Source of the DNA: Sedimentisphaeraceae bacterium JB056
GTDB taxonomy: Bacteria > Planctomycetota > Phycisphaerae > Sedimentisphaerales > Sedimentisphaeraceae
Assembly: GCA_044440125.1 (NCBI GenBank)
Contig: JBITAJ010000029.1
Span: 224,001 to 288,000 of the forward strand
Length of the DNA stretch: 64,000 nucleotides
Reading direction: 5' to 3'
Of the stretch, positions 8,672 through 18,434 are shown in pieces. The notes below the pieces were generated by a model. That model saw only the letters and a list, made by a program, of their open reading frames with translations. It was not told the DNA's origin and did not search any database. Every line of letters begins with the position of its first letter. Position 1 is the stretch's first letter. A program made the translations under genes and the position numbers.

Positions 8672-10048
8672 ATGATTAAACAAACTATGACTATTTTATT
8701 GCTGTTGAGTCTCTGTTTCTCTATTGCAAACGGTAAAGAAATGTCGGTTGATAAAAATGATTTTAAGGTGCTTGAAAGCTTTGAGGATATCTATGATTAT
8801 ATAGATAAAGACAATGTAAAGGTGAAAGTCAAACCAGGTACATATCAATTGGATAGGCCTTCTGCTGAACCTATGATAGCTTTCAACGGCAGTAATAACT
8901 ATTTTGATCTTACGGATGTTAAGCTTATTGCAGATCGCCCGTGCAATACAATTATTGCATTGATCGGAAATGATATCGTACTGGAAGGTTTGCATCTGGA
9001 AACTAACAAAGACCACTCTATATGCAGAAGTGGTTCAGAAACGTTAGGTTTTAATATAACCGGCGATGATAATATGCTGCTTGGCGTTTATTTACAGATA
9101 CGTGACTCATACCCTTATGGGTATGGCAGCTATTTTGGTATTGGCAGGGGTGCGTCTGTTAAACTTAGTAAGTCAACCGGAATACGTATAGGACCGGGCA
9201 GTAACACTGTCATAAAAGATTGCAAGGTTGTAATGAATGCATTTGGACATGGAATCTTTATTCGCGGAGCTGATAACGCTTTGGTCGAAAATACCTCAGT
9301 TGAAGGTTTGCTTCGTCAGACAAATGAAATTCTTCAGGAAAAGACAGGGCCTGCGTTTGAAGAGGGATTTATAGATGCCTCAGGAGAGCCGATAAGGCCC
9401 GGCAGAATTACGTCTTTGTGTGAAGACGGTATCCGTATTTATGGTGACAGCGGCACACGGAGAAATTATGGTAAGCCTGATAAAAAACCGACCGGCAGCG
9501 TTACTGTCAGAAATTGCAGCGTGAACCGTATGCGCCGCGGAATATGTTTGGCTTTAGGCGGGAGCGGCCATGTTGTTGAAAACTGTACGGTTTCTGAATG
9601 CACCAGAGTTGGATATAATATAGGTTCGGATACGATTGTGAAAAATTGTCGCGGCGATGCTAAATATTGTCAGCTTCTCGATATTGCAAGTTCTGGATCG
9701 AAGAATTCGGTGATAGAGCTTGAGGTTTTAGACAGTAAAAAACGCCAGAAAAACAGCTTTGAAAATGATCCTGACCTTCTTGCAAAAGTTAATGGCAGTG
9801 GTCATACGGTCAAGATTAAACCCGTTACTGCTGAGGCAGTGCCTACTGATATGAATATTGAAATAGGCGGAAATGTCGGGTGGGCATCTGATGAAGATAA
9901 TATTCCCGTGGGTAAATCCATACGGTTGGATAACAGGACTGATGCAAGGGTGCTTCTTCACCCGGCTGCAGAGGCCTGTATTATTAGAAGCAGTGGACCG
10001 GTGGTTGATTACGGCTCAAAGAACAATACTGTGATTGACAGCAAATGA
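8672..10048 (+). CDS. Secreted right-handed parallel beta-helix protein (pectate-lyase-like fold)
   Basis: Signal peptide; VKPGTYQL then repeated beta-helix rungs (TVIKDCKV, ALVENTSV, VTVRNCSV, HVVENCTV, TIVKNCR). Confidence 0.75.
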   Translation: MIKQTMTILLLLSLCFSIANGKEMSVDKNDFKVLESFEDIYDYIDKDNVKVKVKPGTYQLDRPSAEPMIAFNGSNNYFDLTDVKLIADRPCNTIIALIGNDIVLEGLHLETNKDHSICRSGSETLGFNITGDDNMLLGVYLQIRDSYPYGYGSYFGIGRGASVKLSKSTGIRIGPGSNTVIKDCKVVMNAFGHGIFIRGADNALVENTSVEGLLRQTNEILQEKTGPAFEEGFIDASGEPIRPGRITSLCEDGIRIYGDSGTRRNYGKPDKKPTGSVTVRNCSVNRMRRGICLALGGSGHVVENCTVSECTRVGYNIGSDTIVKNCRGDAKYCQLLDIASSGSKNSVIELEVLDSKKRQKNSFENDPDLLAKVNGSGHTVKIKPVTAEAVPTDMNIEIGGNVGWASDEDNIPVGKSIRLDNRTDARVLLHPAAEACIIRSSGPVVDYGSKNNTVIDSK

Positions 10049-10071
10049 TTAATATGAAAGGATGTTCGAAT

Positions 10072-11442
10072 ATGTCTGATAATCATGTTATTTATGATGT
10101 AGTGGTGATTGGTGGTGGACTGGCGGGTTGCAGTGCTGCTATTGCAACCAGACGATTGGGAGCTAAAGTCCTTATGGTCGAGAGACTCCCCTTTGCCGGC
10201 GGAGCATGGACCGGGGGAATGGTTACTCACGTTGCCGGTCTAATAGATCACGACCGTATTTATGAGAACAATGAATATGTGCTGGATTGCAGTAAGTGGA
10301 TAGTTCAGGGACTTGCCTGTGATTACCATGATATCCTGAAGCAATACGGGGCAGCCAAGGGAATACACTGGGATCATGAAGCTGGTAAATTTATCTTTGA
10401 TCTGATGTTAGAAAAGGAAGGTGTTGACGTTCTTTACGGCACGCAGTTTTTCTCCGCTAATATAGATGGCGAAACTGTGAAATCTGTAGAGCTGATATAC
10501 AGAACAACGAAAATCACAGTCGAAGCCAAAGTTTTTATTGATGCTTCCGGTGATGGTGATCTGGGGGCAGCCTGCGGTTGTGAGTTTTATTACGGACGTG
10601 AAGCAGACGGTAAAATGAGTCCTGCCACTTTGAGTTATATGATCGGTGATATAGACCGCAGCTGTTTGTTTTCTGAAGAAGATTATGGCGTGCCTATAGG
10701 AGGATTGAGCGACCTTGAAATTGCCGAAAAAGATGATGCAAAAGAGGACCTTAATACGATACTGAAAAAAGCTCATAAAAATGGAAGCATTCCGCGTGAT
10801 ATGCGCCCGGCGGCTATTTGTATGAAATATGCCGAGGGAAGGGAAAGGAATGAGTTGTGGTGTTCTTTTGTCCGCCAATGGGGCGATATTACAAACCCAT
10901 GGCAGTATTCGGATATGGAAAAAAAAGGGCGTAAAACTGGCTGGCAGATATTCAGATTTCTCAAGGATAATACTAAAAGCTGCAGAGAATCTTATTTGAG
11001 TGGTGTCGGTACCCAAATATGGCCGCGTGAATGCAGACATTTCAAAGCTCACTATATTGTCAATGCCGATGACTACCGTGATGAATCAAGGTTTGAAGAT
11101 GTGGTTGCTCGCGGCGGGTTTTATCTCGATCTTCATTCGGTAACCCCGGGTAATTGCGGTTTTGATCTTGACGAAAGAAGGGCCCAGAGAGACAGGTATT
11201 TTGAGATACCATATCGTTCACTCGTACCATTAGGAAAAAGCAATCTGCTTTTTGCCGGGCGGACAATAGGTGCCGATCATAAAGGTCACAGCGCGACCAG
11301 AGTTATGGGAACTGGTATTGCTACCGGTCAAGCAGCGGGAACTGCTGCTGGAATATTTATCAATAGTAAGCTTGAAAATGTTCTGGATGTTGATATAACT
11401 GAACTGCAAAATTCGCTACGGGCGAACAGGGCAGTTATTTAA
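10072..11442 (+). CDS. FAD-dependent oxidoreductase (FAD_oxidored family)
   Basis: YDVVVIGGGLAGCSAA, FIDASGDGDL, EIPYRSLVP, NLLFAGR, RVMGT..ATGQAAGTAA. Confidence 0.9.
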   Translation: MSDNHVIYDVVVIGGGLAGCSAAIATRRLGAKVLMVERLPFAGGAWTGGMVTHVAGLIDHDRIYENNEYVLDCSKWIVQGLACDYHDILKQYGAAKGIHWDHEAGKFIFDLMLEKEGVDVLYGTQFFSANIDGETVKSVELIYRTTKITVEAKVFIDASGDGDLGAACGCEFYYGREADGKMSPATLSYMIGDIDRSCLFSEEDYGVPIGGLSDLEIAEKDDAKEDLNTILKKAHKNGSIPRDMRPAAICMKYAEGRERNELWCSFVRQWGDITNPWQYSDMEKKGRKTGWQIFRFLKDNTKSCRESYLSGVGTQIWPRECRHFKAHYIVNADDYRDESRFEDVVARGGFYLDLHSVTPGNCGFDLDERRAQRDRYFEIPYRSLVPLGKSNLLFAGRTIGADHKGHSATRVMGTGIATGQAAGTAAGIFINSKLENVLDVDITELQNSLRANRAVI

Positions 11443-11480
11443 ACTTGTATATATGATTTTTTTACTCAACGATTTATGCT

Positions 11481-12524
11481 ATGCAGACCTTAAAAATAGA
11501 AAAAGAACAAAAAACTCAGCAGAAGCTGTGCAAGGGAATAATCCTGCTTGCAGATAATTCCTATTCCCAGATATACGGTCCGGCCGAACTTGATGAAATC
11601 AATAAGTATGTTGATATTTATTGTCCGCAGCTTGATGAAAAGAGACTCAGAGAAGATCTTAGTGTTCTAAATGATGCCGAGGTTATTTTTTCGGGATGGG
11701 GATGTCCTGAAATTACTGATGAAATACTTGACCATGCGCCAAATCTAAAGATTATTTTTTATGCTGCAGGTTCTTTCAGACGGCTGGGACATAATGGTGA
11801 GCTTTTTGACAGGGGGATAAGGGTTACATCAAGTGTGTCGGCCAATGCCATCCCGGTTGCAGAATTTTGTCTTTCCCAGATATTGTTCAGTCTCAAGCTT
11901 GGCTGGCATTTTGCTTTGAAAGTCAAGCAGGATAAGAAATGGATGCCTGCCAGAGAACGATTTGAGGTTCCCGGCGGCTACGACAGTACGGTTGGCATAA
12001 TCTCGCTTGGTGCTATAAGTCAGAAGCTTATCGAATTGCTCGAACCGTTTGACGTTAATGTACTTGTGTCCAGCAGTTATATTACTCCGGAGCAGGCCCG
12101 GCAGATGGGAGTTAAATTAGCTTCAATTGAAGAAATATTCCGCAATTCAGATGTCATATCTCTGCATACCCCCGCCTATCATAAAGGCATTATAACAGGA
12201 GAGTATTTTCGGATGATGAAGCGTAACTCTACGTTTCTCAATACCGCTCGCGGTGTATGTGTACGTGAAAAAGAAATGATTGAGGTTCTTGAACAACGGA
12301 AAGATATTGTTGCTCTGCTTGATGTTACAGATCCTGAACCACCTGTTGAGAACGGTAAACTGTTCAATATGCCTAATGTTGTTACTTTCCCTCATATTGC
12401 CGGATCTATGGGGAATGAGTGTCGCAGAATGGGAAGGTATGCTATAGATGAATTTCATCGATACATAAATGGGCAGCCTTTGAAATTCGAAGTGACAAAG
12501 CAACAGTGGCAGTATATGGCCTGA
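11481..12524 (+). CDS. D-isomer-specific 2-hydroxyacid dehydrogenase family protein
   Basis: VGIISLGAI, DVISLHTP, FLNTARG, LDVTDPEP, PHIAG motifs. Confidence 0.92.
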   Translation: MQTLKIEKEQKTQQKLCKGIILLADNSYSQIYGPAELDEINKYVDIYCPQLDEKRLREDLSVLNDAEVIFSGWGCPEITDEILDHAPNLKIIFYAAGSFRRLGHNGELFDRGIRVTSSVSANAIPVAEFCLSQILFSLKLGWHFALKVKQDKKWMPARERFEVPGGYDSTVGIISLGAISQKLIELLEPFDVNVLVSSSYITPEQARQMGVKLASIEEIFRNSDVISLHTPAYHKGIITGEYFRMMKRNSTFLNTARGVCVREKEMIEVLEQRKDIVALLDVTDPEPPVENGKLFNMPNVVTFPHIAGSMGNECRRMGRYAIDEFHRYINGQPLKFEVTKQQWQYMA

Positions 12525-12598
12525 TATCCCTCAAGAATTATTTATGAACACCTGTTAGCTTATAGATCAACAGGTAATAACTATAAAAGAGCAGTTAT

Positions 12599-14365
12599 AT
12601 GACGATTTATGATTATGCAGTGATTATTTTTTACCTGGTGTTTATGCTTCTGCTTGGACCTGTTTATAAGAGCTTCAGTAAGACGGCCAGTGATTATTTC
12701 CGTGGTGGCGGCGGTATGCTGTGGTGGGTCGTAGGCAGCAGTGCTTTCATGACCAATTTTTCTGCCTGGTCGTTTACGGGCGGGGCGGCTAAGGCGTATG
12801 AAACCGGCACTTTCTTTTTGATCCTGTTTGCCTGTAATTTCATATCCCTGTGGTTTGCATTTTTCTTCACCGCTCCCAGATATCGACAGATGCGCATTAT
12901 TACACCTATTGAAGCGGTTCGTAATCGTTATGGCGACAGCAATGAACAGGTTTTTGCCTGGCTTCCGATAATATCGCGTATTTTCTTTGGCGGAATTGCT
13001 TTGTATGTCATTTCCGTTTTTATGAGCGGTGTTTTCGGCATAAAGATGCAGGTTTTGATTGTAACGCTTGGACTCGTCGTTACTTTTATGACGCTTCTTG
13101 GCGGCTCGTGGGCAGCTACGGCCGGTGATTTTGTCCAGATGCTTGTTGTCATAACCATCACGCTGGTAATGGCGTTCCTTACGCTTAATCATTCTGATAT
13201 CGGCGGATTTTCCCAACTTATAGAAAAGATGCCCTCGAGGCATTTTCACTGGAGTGAATTCAGCAGGCCCTGGGTAGTGATTTTCTTCGCTATCACCTTA
13301 ATGATAAATCAGACCGTACTTATGAATGATATGCTTAACGGTGCGGCGAGATATATTTTTGTCAAAGACGGCAGAGACGCAAAGAAGGCAGTACTTGTTT
13401 CGTTAGCCGGCTTTTTGCTTCTTGCGCCTATCTGGATGATACCTGCCGTGGGTTCTGCGATATTGAACCCGGATATGGATTCTATGTATCCGATGCTGAA
13501 GAACCCCAATGAGGCCGCCTATGTTGCTATTGCTATGCAGTTGCTTCCCAAGGGATTGCTGGGACTTTTGGTATGTGCGATATTTGCGGCAACTCTCACT
13601 ACTATGAACAGCCAGCTTAATATTGCTTCGGGCACGTTCGTACGTAATTTTTATATTCGAATAGTCAACAAAGACGCAACAGAGCTCAAACAGATACTTG
13701 CCGGAAGGATCTTTATAATGGTTTACGGTGTCTTATGGATAATTGCGGCTTTGTTTTTCAACAGTTTGAAAGAAGTTAAGTTGTTTGATCTGATATTGTT
13801 GTGTGCCGCCTCAATCGGCATCCCCACGGCTGTGCCGCTGTTTCTCGGTATGTTCATAAGACGTACTCCTCCCTGGAGTGCCTGGCTTACGCTTGTTGTC
13901 GGCTTTGCGGTTTCGGTGGTGTTGCGGTTTGTATTAGTCGGAGATTTTATACAAAATCTTTTCGACCCGACCGTTCCGTTCAATTCCAATGAAGTTGGTG
14001 ATTTGAACATTGCGATAACGACGACGGTATTGTTTGTTACCTGTGTAGGAGTTTATATGTTCAGTATGCTTTTCTATAAAGGCAGCAGTGCCGAGTATAA
14101 AGAGCAGGTCGAGAGGTTCTTTAACCAGATGAACACTCCTGTCGATGTGGAAAAAGAAAAGGCCGGCAGTGTAGAGGGAGATGGTCGGCAATACGCGGTA
14201 TTAAGTACTCTTTGCCTTATATACGGCAGCGTTATTCTACTTCTGCTTTTGATTCCCAATGAAATAAATGCCAAAATGTGCATATTATTTTGCGGTGGGT
14301 TGGTATTGCTGATAGGTTTTATTTTATGGTTGATATCAAAAAGATATAGGTCCTGTAAGGAATAA
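12599..14365 (+). CDS. Sodium:solute symporter (SSS) family transporter
   Basis: SDYFRGGG..LWW, FSAWSFTG, multiple TM helices, LLGLLVCAIFAATLTT. Confidence 0.9.
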   Translation: MTIYDYAVIIFYLVFMLLLGPVYKSFSKTASDYFRGGGGMLWWVVGSSAFMTNFSAWSFTGGAAKAYETGTFFLILFACNFISLWFAFFFTAPRYRQMRIITPIEAVRNRYGDSNEQVFAWLPIISRIFFGGIALYVISVFMSGVFGIKMQVLIVTLGLVVTFMTLLGGSWAATAGDFVQMLVVITITLVMAFLTLNHSDIGGFSQLIEKMPSRHFHWSEFSRPWVVIFFAITLMINQTVLMNDMLNGAARYIFVKDGRDAKKAVLVSLAGFLLLAPIWMIPAVGSAILNPDMDSMYPMLKNPNEAAYVAIAMQLLPKGLLGLLVCAIFAATLTTMNSQLNIASGTFVRNFYIRIVNKDATELKQILAGRIFIMVYGVLWIIAALFFNSLKEVKLFDLILLCAASIGIPTAVPLFLGMFIRRTPPWSAWLTLVVGFAVSVVLRFVLVGDFIQNLFDPTVPFNSNEVGDLNIAITTTVLFVTCVGVYMFSMLFYKGSSAEYKEQVERFFNQMNTPVDVEKEKAGSVEGDGRQYAVLSTLCLIYGSVILLLLLIPNEINAKMCILFCGGLVLLIGFILWLISKRYRSCKE

Positions 14366-14614
14366 AAGGCATCTGCAACTCAGTTTTGCTGTTGAATTTG
14401 GTTTGTATAATGCCGAAGCTTTTCTTACGGATTTAAGGCCCGCACTTACATTTTAACTGAATAATATTTATGAAATAAATTTAATAGATTACTGATTTGC
14501 ATAGTTTTTAGTTGATTTCAGCTGTAATATCGCAAAAATACTGGTGTATCTATACTTTTGAGGTATTTTGTAATTCATGGGTATTTTTGTTTTTATGTGT
14601 GCTGGGAACGAAAT

Positions 14615-15664
14615 TTGACTAAAAAAGTTACAATGAAGGATATTGCCAAGAAGGTTGGTGTTTCTCATCCGGTAGTATCCGCTGTAATTAATGATAATTA
14701 TAAATCAGTTAAGGTCTCGGAGAAAACTCGTAAAAGAGTGCTTGAGGTTGTCAAGGAAATGTCTTATTTCCCTAATGCCGCAGGAAGATCACTCTCCAAT
14801 AGAAGGACATCAACGATAGGCTTTTTGCTCTCAGATAATGCAGCAGATGGGCTGTCGAATGCTTTTTATTCCCGCTTTTTGGCCGCTATTGAAGATGCAT
14901 GCAGAAGAAAAAAGTATGGCCTAAATGTCAGTTTGTACAATCTATCTAATGTTGATACCTTTGTTTTTCCTCAAAAAGTCGGTCAAAGAAGTGTTGATGG
15001 ATTGATTCTTGCAGGCTACCTTGAGAAAACGGTGGTTAACCATTTCAGAGAGTTTGGAATTCCCTGCATATGTCTTGGTGAGGACATGGAATTCGAAAAT
15101 ATGATTGCCAATGTATGTACGGAAATCGTACCAAAACTCTTTGAAATCTTTGATTATTTAGTTGGACTCGGTCATAAAAAGATCGGTATTTGCGATGAGT
15201 CTCATCGACATGAGAACTGTTTTAGTAACAGACTACGCCGTCAATCTTCTGAAGCTGGCAGGGAATTGCCTGCGGATATTGTTGAATTTACTGCCAGTAC
15301 AGGGTTTTGTGATTATCAATCTGGTCAGGATCTTTACAAAGAGTGGGTTGGGCTTGATATCAATCAGAGACCTACGGCTATGATTTCCTCTGACCAGACG
15401 GTTATATCATTTATGCAGCAACTCCGTTCTAATGGCTTTCGGTGTCCTGAAGATGTTTCTGTAGTTTCGACTTGTGATTCAAGATTATGCGAGTATGCAA
15501 GCCCGGCCGTGACAGCAATAAGGCATCCGGCTGTTGAAATGGGCGAGGCAGCAGTTAATATCCTGGTTAAGGCAATTGAAGAAGATGTAGACCTTACTGC
15601 GGCTGATTCAGTTCATCACATTCCTTGTAAGATCATATACCGCGAAAGCTGCCGGGAAATATGA
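14615..15664 (+). CDS. LacI-family transcriptional regulator
   Basis: VTMKDIAKKVGVSHPVVSAVIN...YFPNAAGRSL...IIYRESC; start uncertain (TTG 14615 or ATG 14633). Confidence 0.93.
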   Translation: MTKKVTMKDIAKKVGVSHPVVSAVINDNYKSVKVSEKTRKRVLEVVKEMSYFPNAAGRSLSNRRTSTIGFLLSDNAADGLSNAFYSRFLAAIEDACRRKKYGLNVSLYNLSNVDTFVFPQKVGQRSVDGLILAGYLEKTVVNHFREFGIPCICLGEDMEFENMIANVCTEIVPKLFEIFDYLVGLGHKKIGICDESHRHENCFSNRLRRQSSEAGRELPADIVEFTASTGFCDYQSGQDLYKEWVGLDINQRPTAMISSDQTVISFMQQLRSNGFRCPEDVSVVSTCDSRLCEYASPAVTAIRHPAVEMGEAAVNILVKAIEEDVDLTAADSVHHIPCKIIYRESCREI

Positions 15665-15759
15665 TTGAGCGTCAGCTTTTTTATTAATCGTATATTCAGA
15701 TTTGACAAGCTTTTAGCGGAAGACTGGTATGGAATTTATGGAAGATCAGAATTTTTTAT

Positions 15760-15788
15760 TTGACATTAAACGTGTAATCATGTACTAT
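15760..15788 (+). promoter_or_regulatory. Putative sigma70 promoter of the large operon, overlapping operator ATTAAACGTGTAAT
   Basis: TTGACA (15760-15765), 17 bp, TACTAT (15783-15788); operator at 15765-15778. Confidence 0.75.
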
Positions 15789-15796
15789 TGTATTTG

Positions 15797-15889
15797 ATTA
15801 ATCGCTTAATTTGTCTTAAACGATTAGTCTTTTAGGGAAAAGAGTGTTTTTTTTGACTTTTTATTTAAGGCTTAGATTAAACGTGTAAT
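15797..15889. promoter_or_regulatory. Additional LacI-type operator copies
   Basis: ATTAATCGCTTAAT (15797-15810), CTTAAACGATTAGT (15815-15828) and ATTAAACGTGTAAT (15876-15889, identical to 15765-15778). Confidence 0.65.
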
Positions 15890-15895
15890 TTTAGG

Positions 15896-16906
15896 ATGGC
15901 AGCAACAGGAATTACAATTAAAGAAGTGGCTCGTTTGGCCGGTGTCAGTTATCCGGTCGTTTCTGCAGTCATGAACAGTAACTTTAAGCACATTCGTGTT
16001 TCGGATGATACCCGCAAACGTGTTGAAGAAGTGATAAGTGCCTGCGATTATTATCCCAACTCTGCTGCCGTTTCTTTAGTCAACAACAGAAGTTGTCACA
16101 TAGGCTTTATGCTTGCTGATCTGGTTACTGATGGCTTCAGTAATGCCTATTTCAGTGGGATTCTGGCAGGAGTCGAGATGGTTTGCAGAGAATCAGGATG
16201 GGGTCTTACAATAAGTTCCTATAATCTTTCAAATATCGATTCTTTCATTTTCCCCGAAAGTGTTGGGCAGAGAGCTGTTGATGGTGTTATTCTGGCCGGT
16301 TTTGTCTGCGAGCATGTGATTGAGCGGTTTAAGCAATCAAGAATTCCAGTTATCTGTATAGATAATGATATGGAGGTTTCCTGTTCTATTCCTACTGCCG
16401 GTACTGATATCACAATAGGTCTGACCAAAGCAGTTACTTATGCACGTCAGCGTGGTCATCAAAGAATCGGTTACTGTATTGAATACGGTGAGAGGGCTTC
16501 AAGAATACGTGATTTGCTTTGCAATGAGGGTATTACTTTCTTTCAAGCCTATGAAGGTCATTCAGATTTTAAGGCCGCAGATAAGCTTTTTAATGACTGG
16601 ATTGATGTTCCGGAAGGTCAAAGGCCTACATTGCTGATGGCAACAGATCAAACATTGGTTGAATTTCTTCGGATAATGGGTAAAAAAGGAATTGAATGTC
16701 CCCAAGATCTTAGTCTTATAAGCAGTTGCGATACTTATCTTTGTGAATATTCAAGTCCTCAGTTAACTGCAATTGATCATAATAACCATGAAATTGGAAG
16801 CAAAAGTGCGGAACTTTTGATATCTTATTTAGAAAACAAAAGCGGAATATCTAATTTTACGAGTACCTGCAGGATCGTAGAGCGAGATTCCGTTGCAAGT
16901 AATTAA
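15896..16906 (+). CDS. LacI-family transcriptional regulator (paralogue of the upstream gene)
   Basis: ITIKEVARLAGVSYPVVSAVMN; shares YNLSN.D.F.FP..VGQR.VDG.ILAG with 14615-15664. Confidence 0.93.
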   Translation: MAATGITIKEVARLAGVSYPVVSAVMNSNFKHIRVSDDTRKRVEEVISACDYYPNSAAVSLVNNRSCHIGFMLADLVTDGFSNAYFSGILAGVEMVCRESGWGLTISSYNLSNIDSFIFPESVGQRAVDGVILAGFVCEHVIERFKQSRIPVICIDNDMEVSCSIPTAGTDITIGLTKAVTYARQRGHQRIGYCIEYGERASRIRDLLCNEGITFFQAYEGHSDFKAADKLFNDWIDVPEGQRPTLLMATDQTLVEFLRIMGKKGIECPQDLSLISSCDTYLCEYSSPQLTAIDHNNHEIGSKSAELLISYLENKSGISNFTSTCRIVERDSVASN

Positions 16907-16924
16907 TTTTAAAGGAGATTTTTT

Positions 16925-18280
16925 ATGAAAAAGAAGTTTGTGTTAATTCTAATTGCTATGATAAGTATATCTCTGCAAGCTGGAGTTATCGACAATTTTG
17001 ATCGTGACGATTCAAATATTATCGGTAATGGATGGGTTGAAACAGAGTCGGCAGTTGACCGAGTTGATGTCCAGATAAAAGATAATGAGCTTAATTTTGT
17101 TCGCACCGGTGGTGCATCAATAACAACGGCAAATGTTAAGCAATATCTTGATGGTGTCTCTGAGGTTTCTTGCGATATGATATTTGAGCAGGCTTCAGTT
17201 TCTGCTGCTGGTGCTGCTCGTATGTATCTAAGTGCTAAGGATGCTAATGGTGAGCCTATCACTGTAATCGTACGTCCTGATCCCTCAACTACAGTGCAGA
17301 AATTTACTGTCACTTATAAAGGTGTTGATACGTGGTTAAACGTAGATGGTGCAGGTGATTGGCATAATTATAAGATATGTATTAATGATAATGGTAAGAC
17401 GAGAGTTTATGTCGATCGTTCAGAAAAATGGGTTTCTTCAGATGCAGGTCTCGGACTTGCAACCATTGCAGAAATTGGAATGCACCGCGATTGGGAATGG
17501 GTTACATTGAAGGCAGACAACTTTATGGCTATTTCAGATTTACCTGCTGAAGCAATATCTTTTACTGATGATTTCTACAGAAGTGATGCTGATGATGTTG
17601 CTAACGGATGGGTTGAAGATGGTACAACTGCACGAATTAATCCACAGATAAAGGATAATAGATTGAGGCTTGCGAGAGGAACTACTACAGGTAGTGCTAA
17701 CGCTATAGCTTCTATTGGTAGAACTTATGAGTCTGCTGGAACTATAAGTGCTGACATGAAAATGGGATTTCCGGCTGGTAATACATCAAATACAACGTGT
17801 AAATTCCAGGTATCTGATGCTGATGGTACTGTTGTAGAAGCGAAGCTTTACCCAACAGTTGGTGTTACTGAATATCAGTTGATAAGAGTTTTACTGGCCA
17901 ATACAGAAGTGTATTCTGCGAATATTGATAATGCTCTGGCGTTTCATAATTACAAGTTTAGGATATCAGAATCGGGCACAGTTAAATTTTATGTAGACAA
18001 TGAATTGCATTGGCAGAGTGGCGATGGTTCAATGGGACAAAGTGTTAGGACTGATTTCGTATTGGTTCGATGGTGGGAATGGCATTACTTTGATGTTGAT
18101 AATTTCCAGGCATTTGCTTCTGATCAGACTACTTGCTATGATATCATTCAAGATGGGGCTCAGTTTGCTACAGATTTTAATAATGACTGTCTTGTAACAC
18201 TTGATGATTTTGCTACTCTGGCATCTAACTGGATGATTTGTAATGATCCTGAAGGTGTTGGATGTATAACAAACTGGTAA
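16925..18280 (+). CDS. Secreted protein with two tandem 'DxFxR...NGW' modules and C-terminal dockerin-like motif
   Basis: AGGAG RBS, signal peptide, DNFDRDDSNIIGNGWVET and DDFYRSDADDVANGWVE, C-terminal DFNNDCLVTLDDFATLASNW. Confidence 0.75.
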   Translation: MKKKFVLILIAMISISLQAGVIDNFDRDDSNIIGNGWVETESAVDRVDVQIKDNELNFVRTGGASITTANVKQYLDGVSEVSCDMIFEQASVSAAGAARMYLSAKDANGEPITVIVRPDPSTTVQKFTVTYKGVDTWLNVDGAGDWHNYKICINDNGKTRVYVDRSEKWVSSDAGLGLATIAEIGMHRDWEWVTLKADNFMAISDLPAEAISFTDDFYRSDADDVANGWVEDGTTARINPQIKDNRLRLARGTTTGSANAIASIGRTYESAGTISADMKMGFPAGNTSNTTCKFQVSDADGTVVEAKLYPTVGVTEYQLIRVLLANTEVYSANIDNALAFHNYKFRISESGTVKFYVDNELHWQSGDGSMGQSVRTDFVLVRWWEWHYFDVDNFQAFASDQTTCYDIIQDGAQFATDFNNDCLVTLDDFATLASNWMICNDPEGVGCITNW

Positions 18281-18434
18281 TATGATCGTTAATGACTTAA
18301 CCTTGGTGCAAACGGCAAAAAACGGTGTTGTCGCTCAAAACAACTGTTATTGAGCTTGAAATACATACTAAATTTGCGATTTAATATTTTTGGCGGACGC
18401 ATCAAACTTTAACAAAATTTAAGAGGATATTAAT

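Noticed and set aside
18281..18434. Possible structured RNA in the intergenic region (GCTCAA...TTGAGC)
   Set aside because: Only a short weak stem; no recognisable riboswitch or ncRNA motif.
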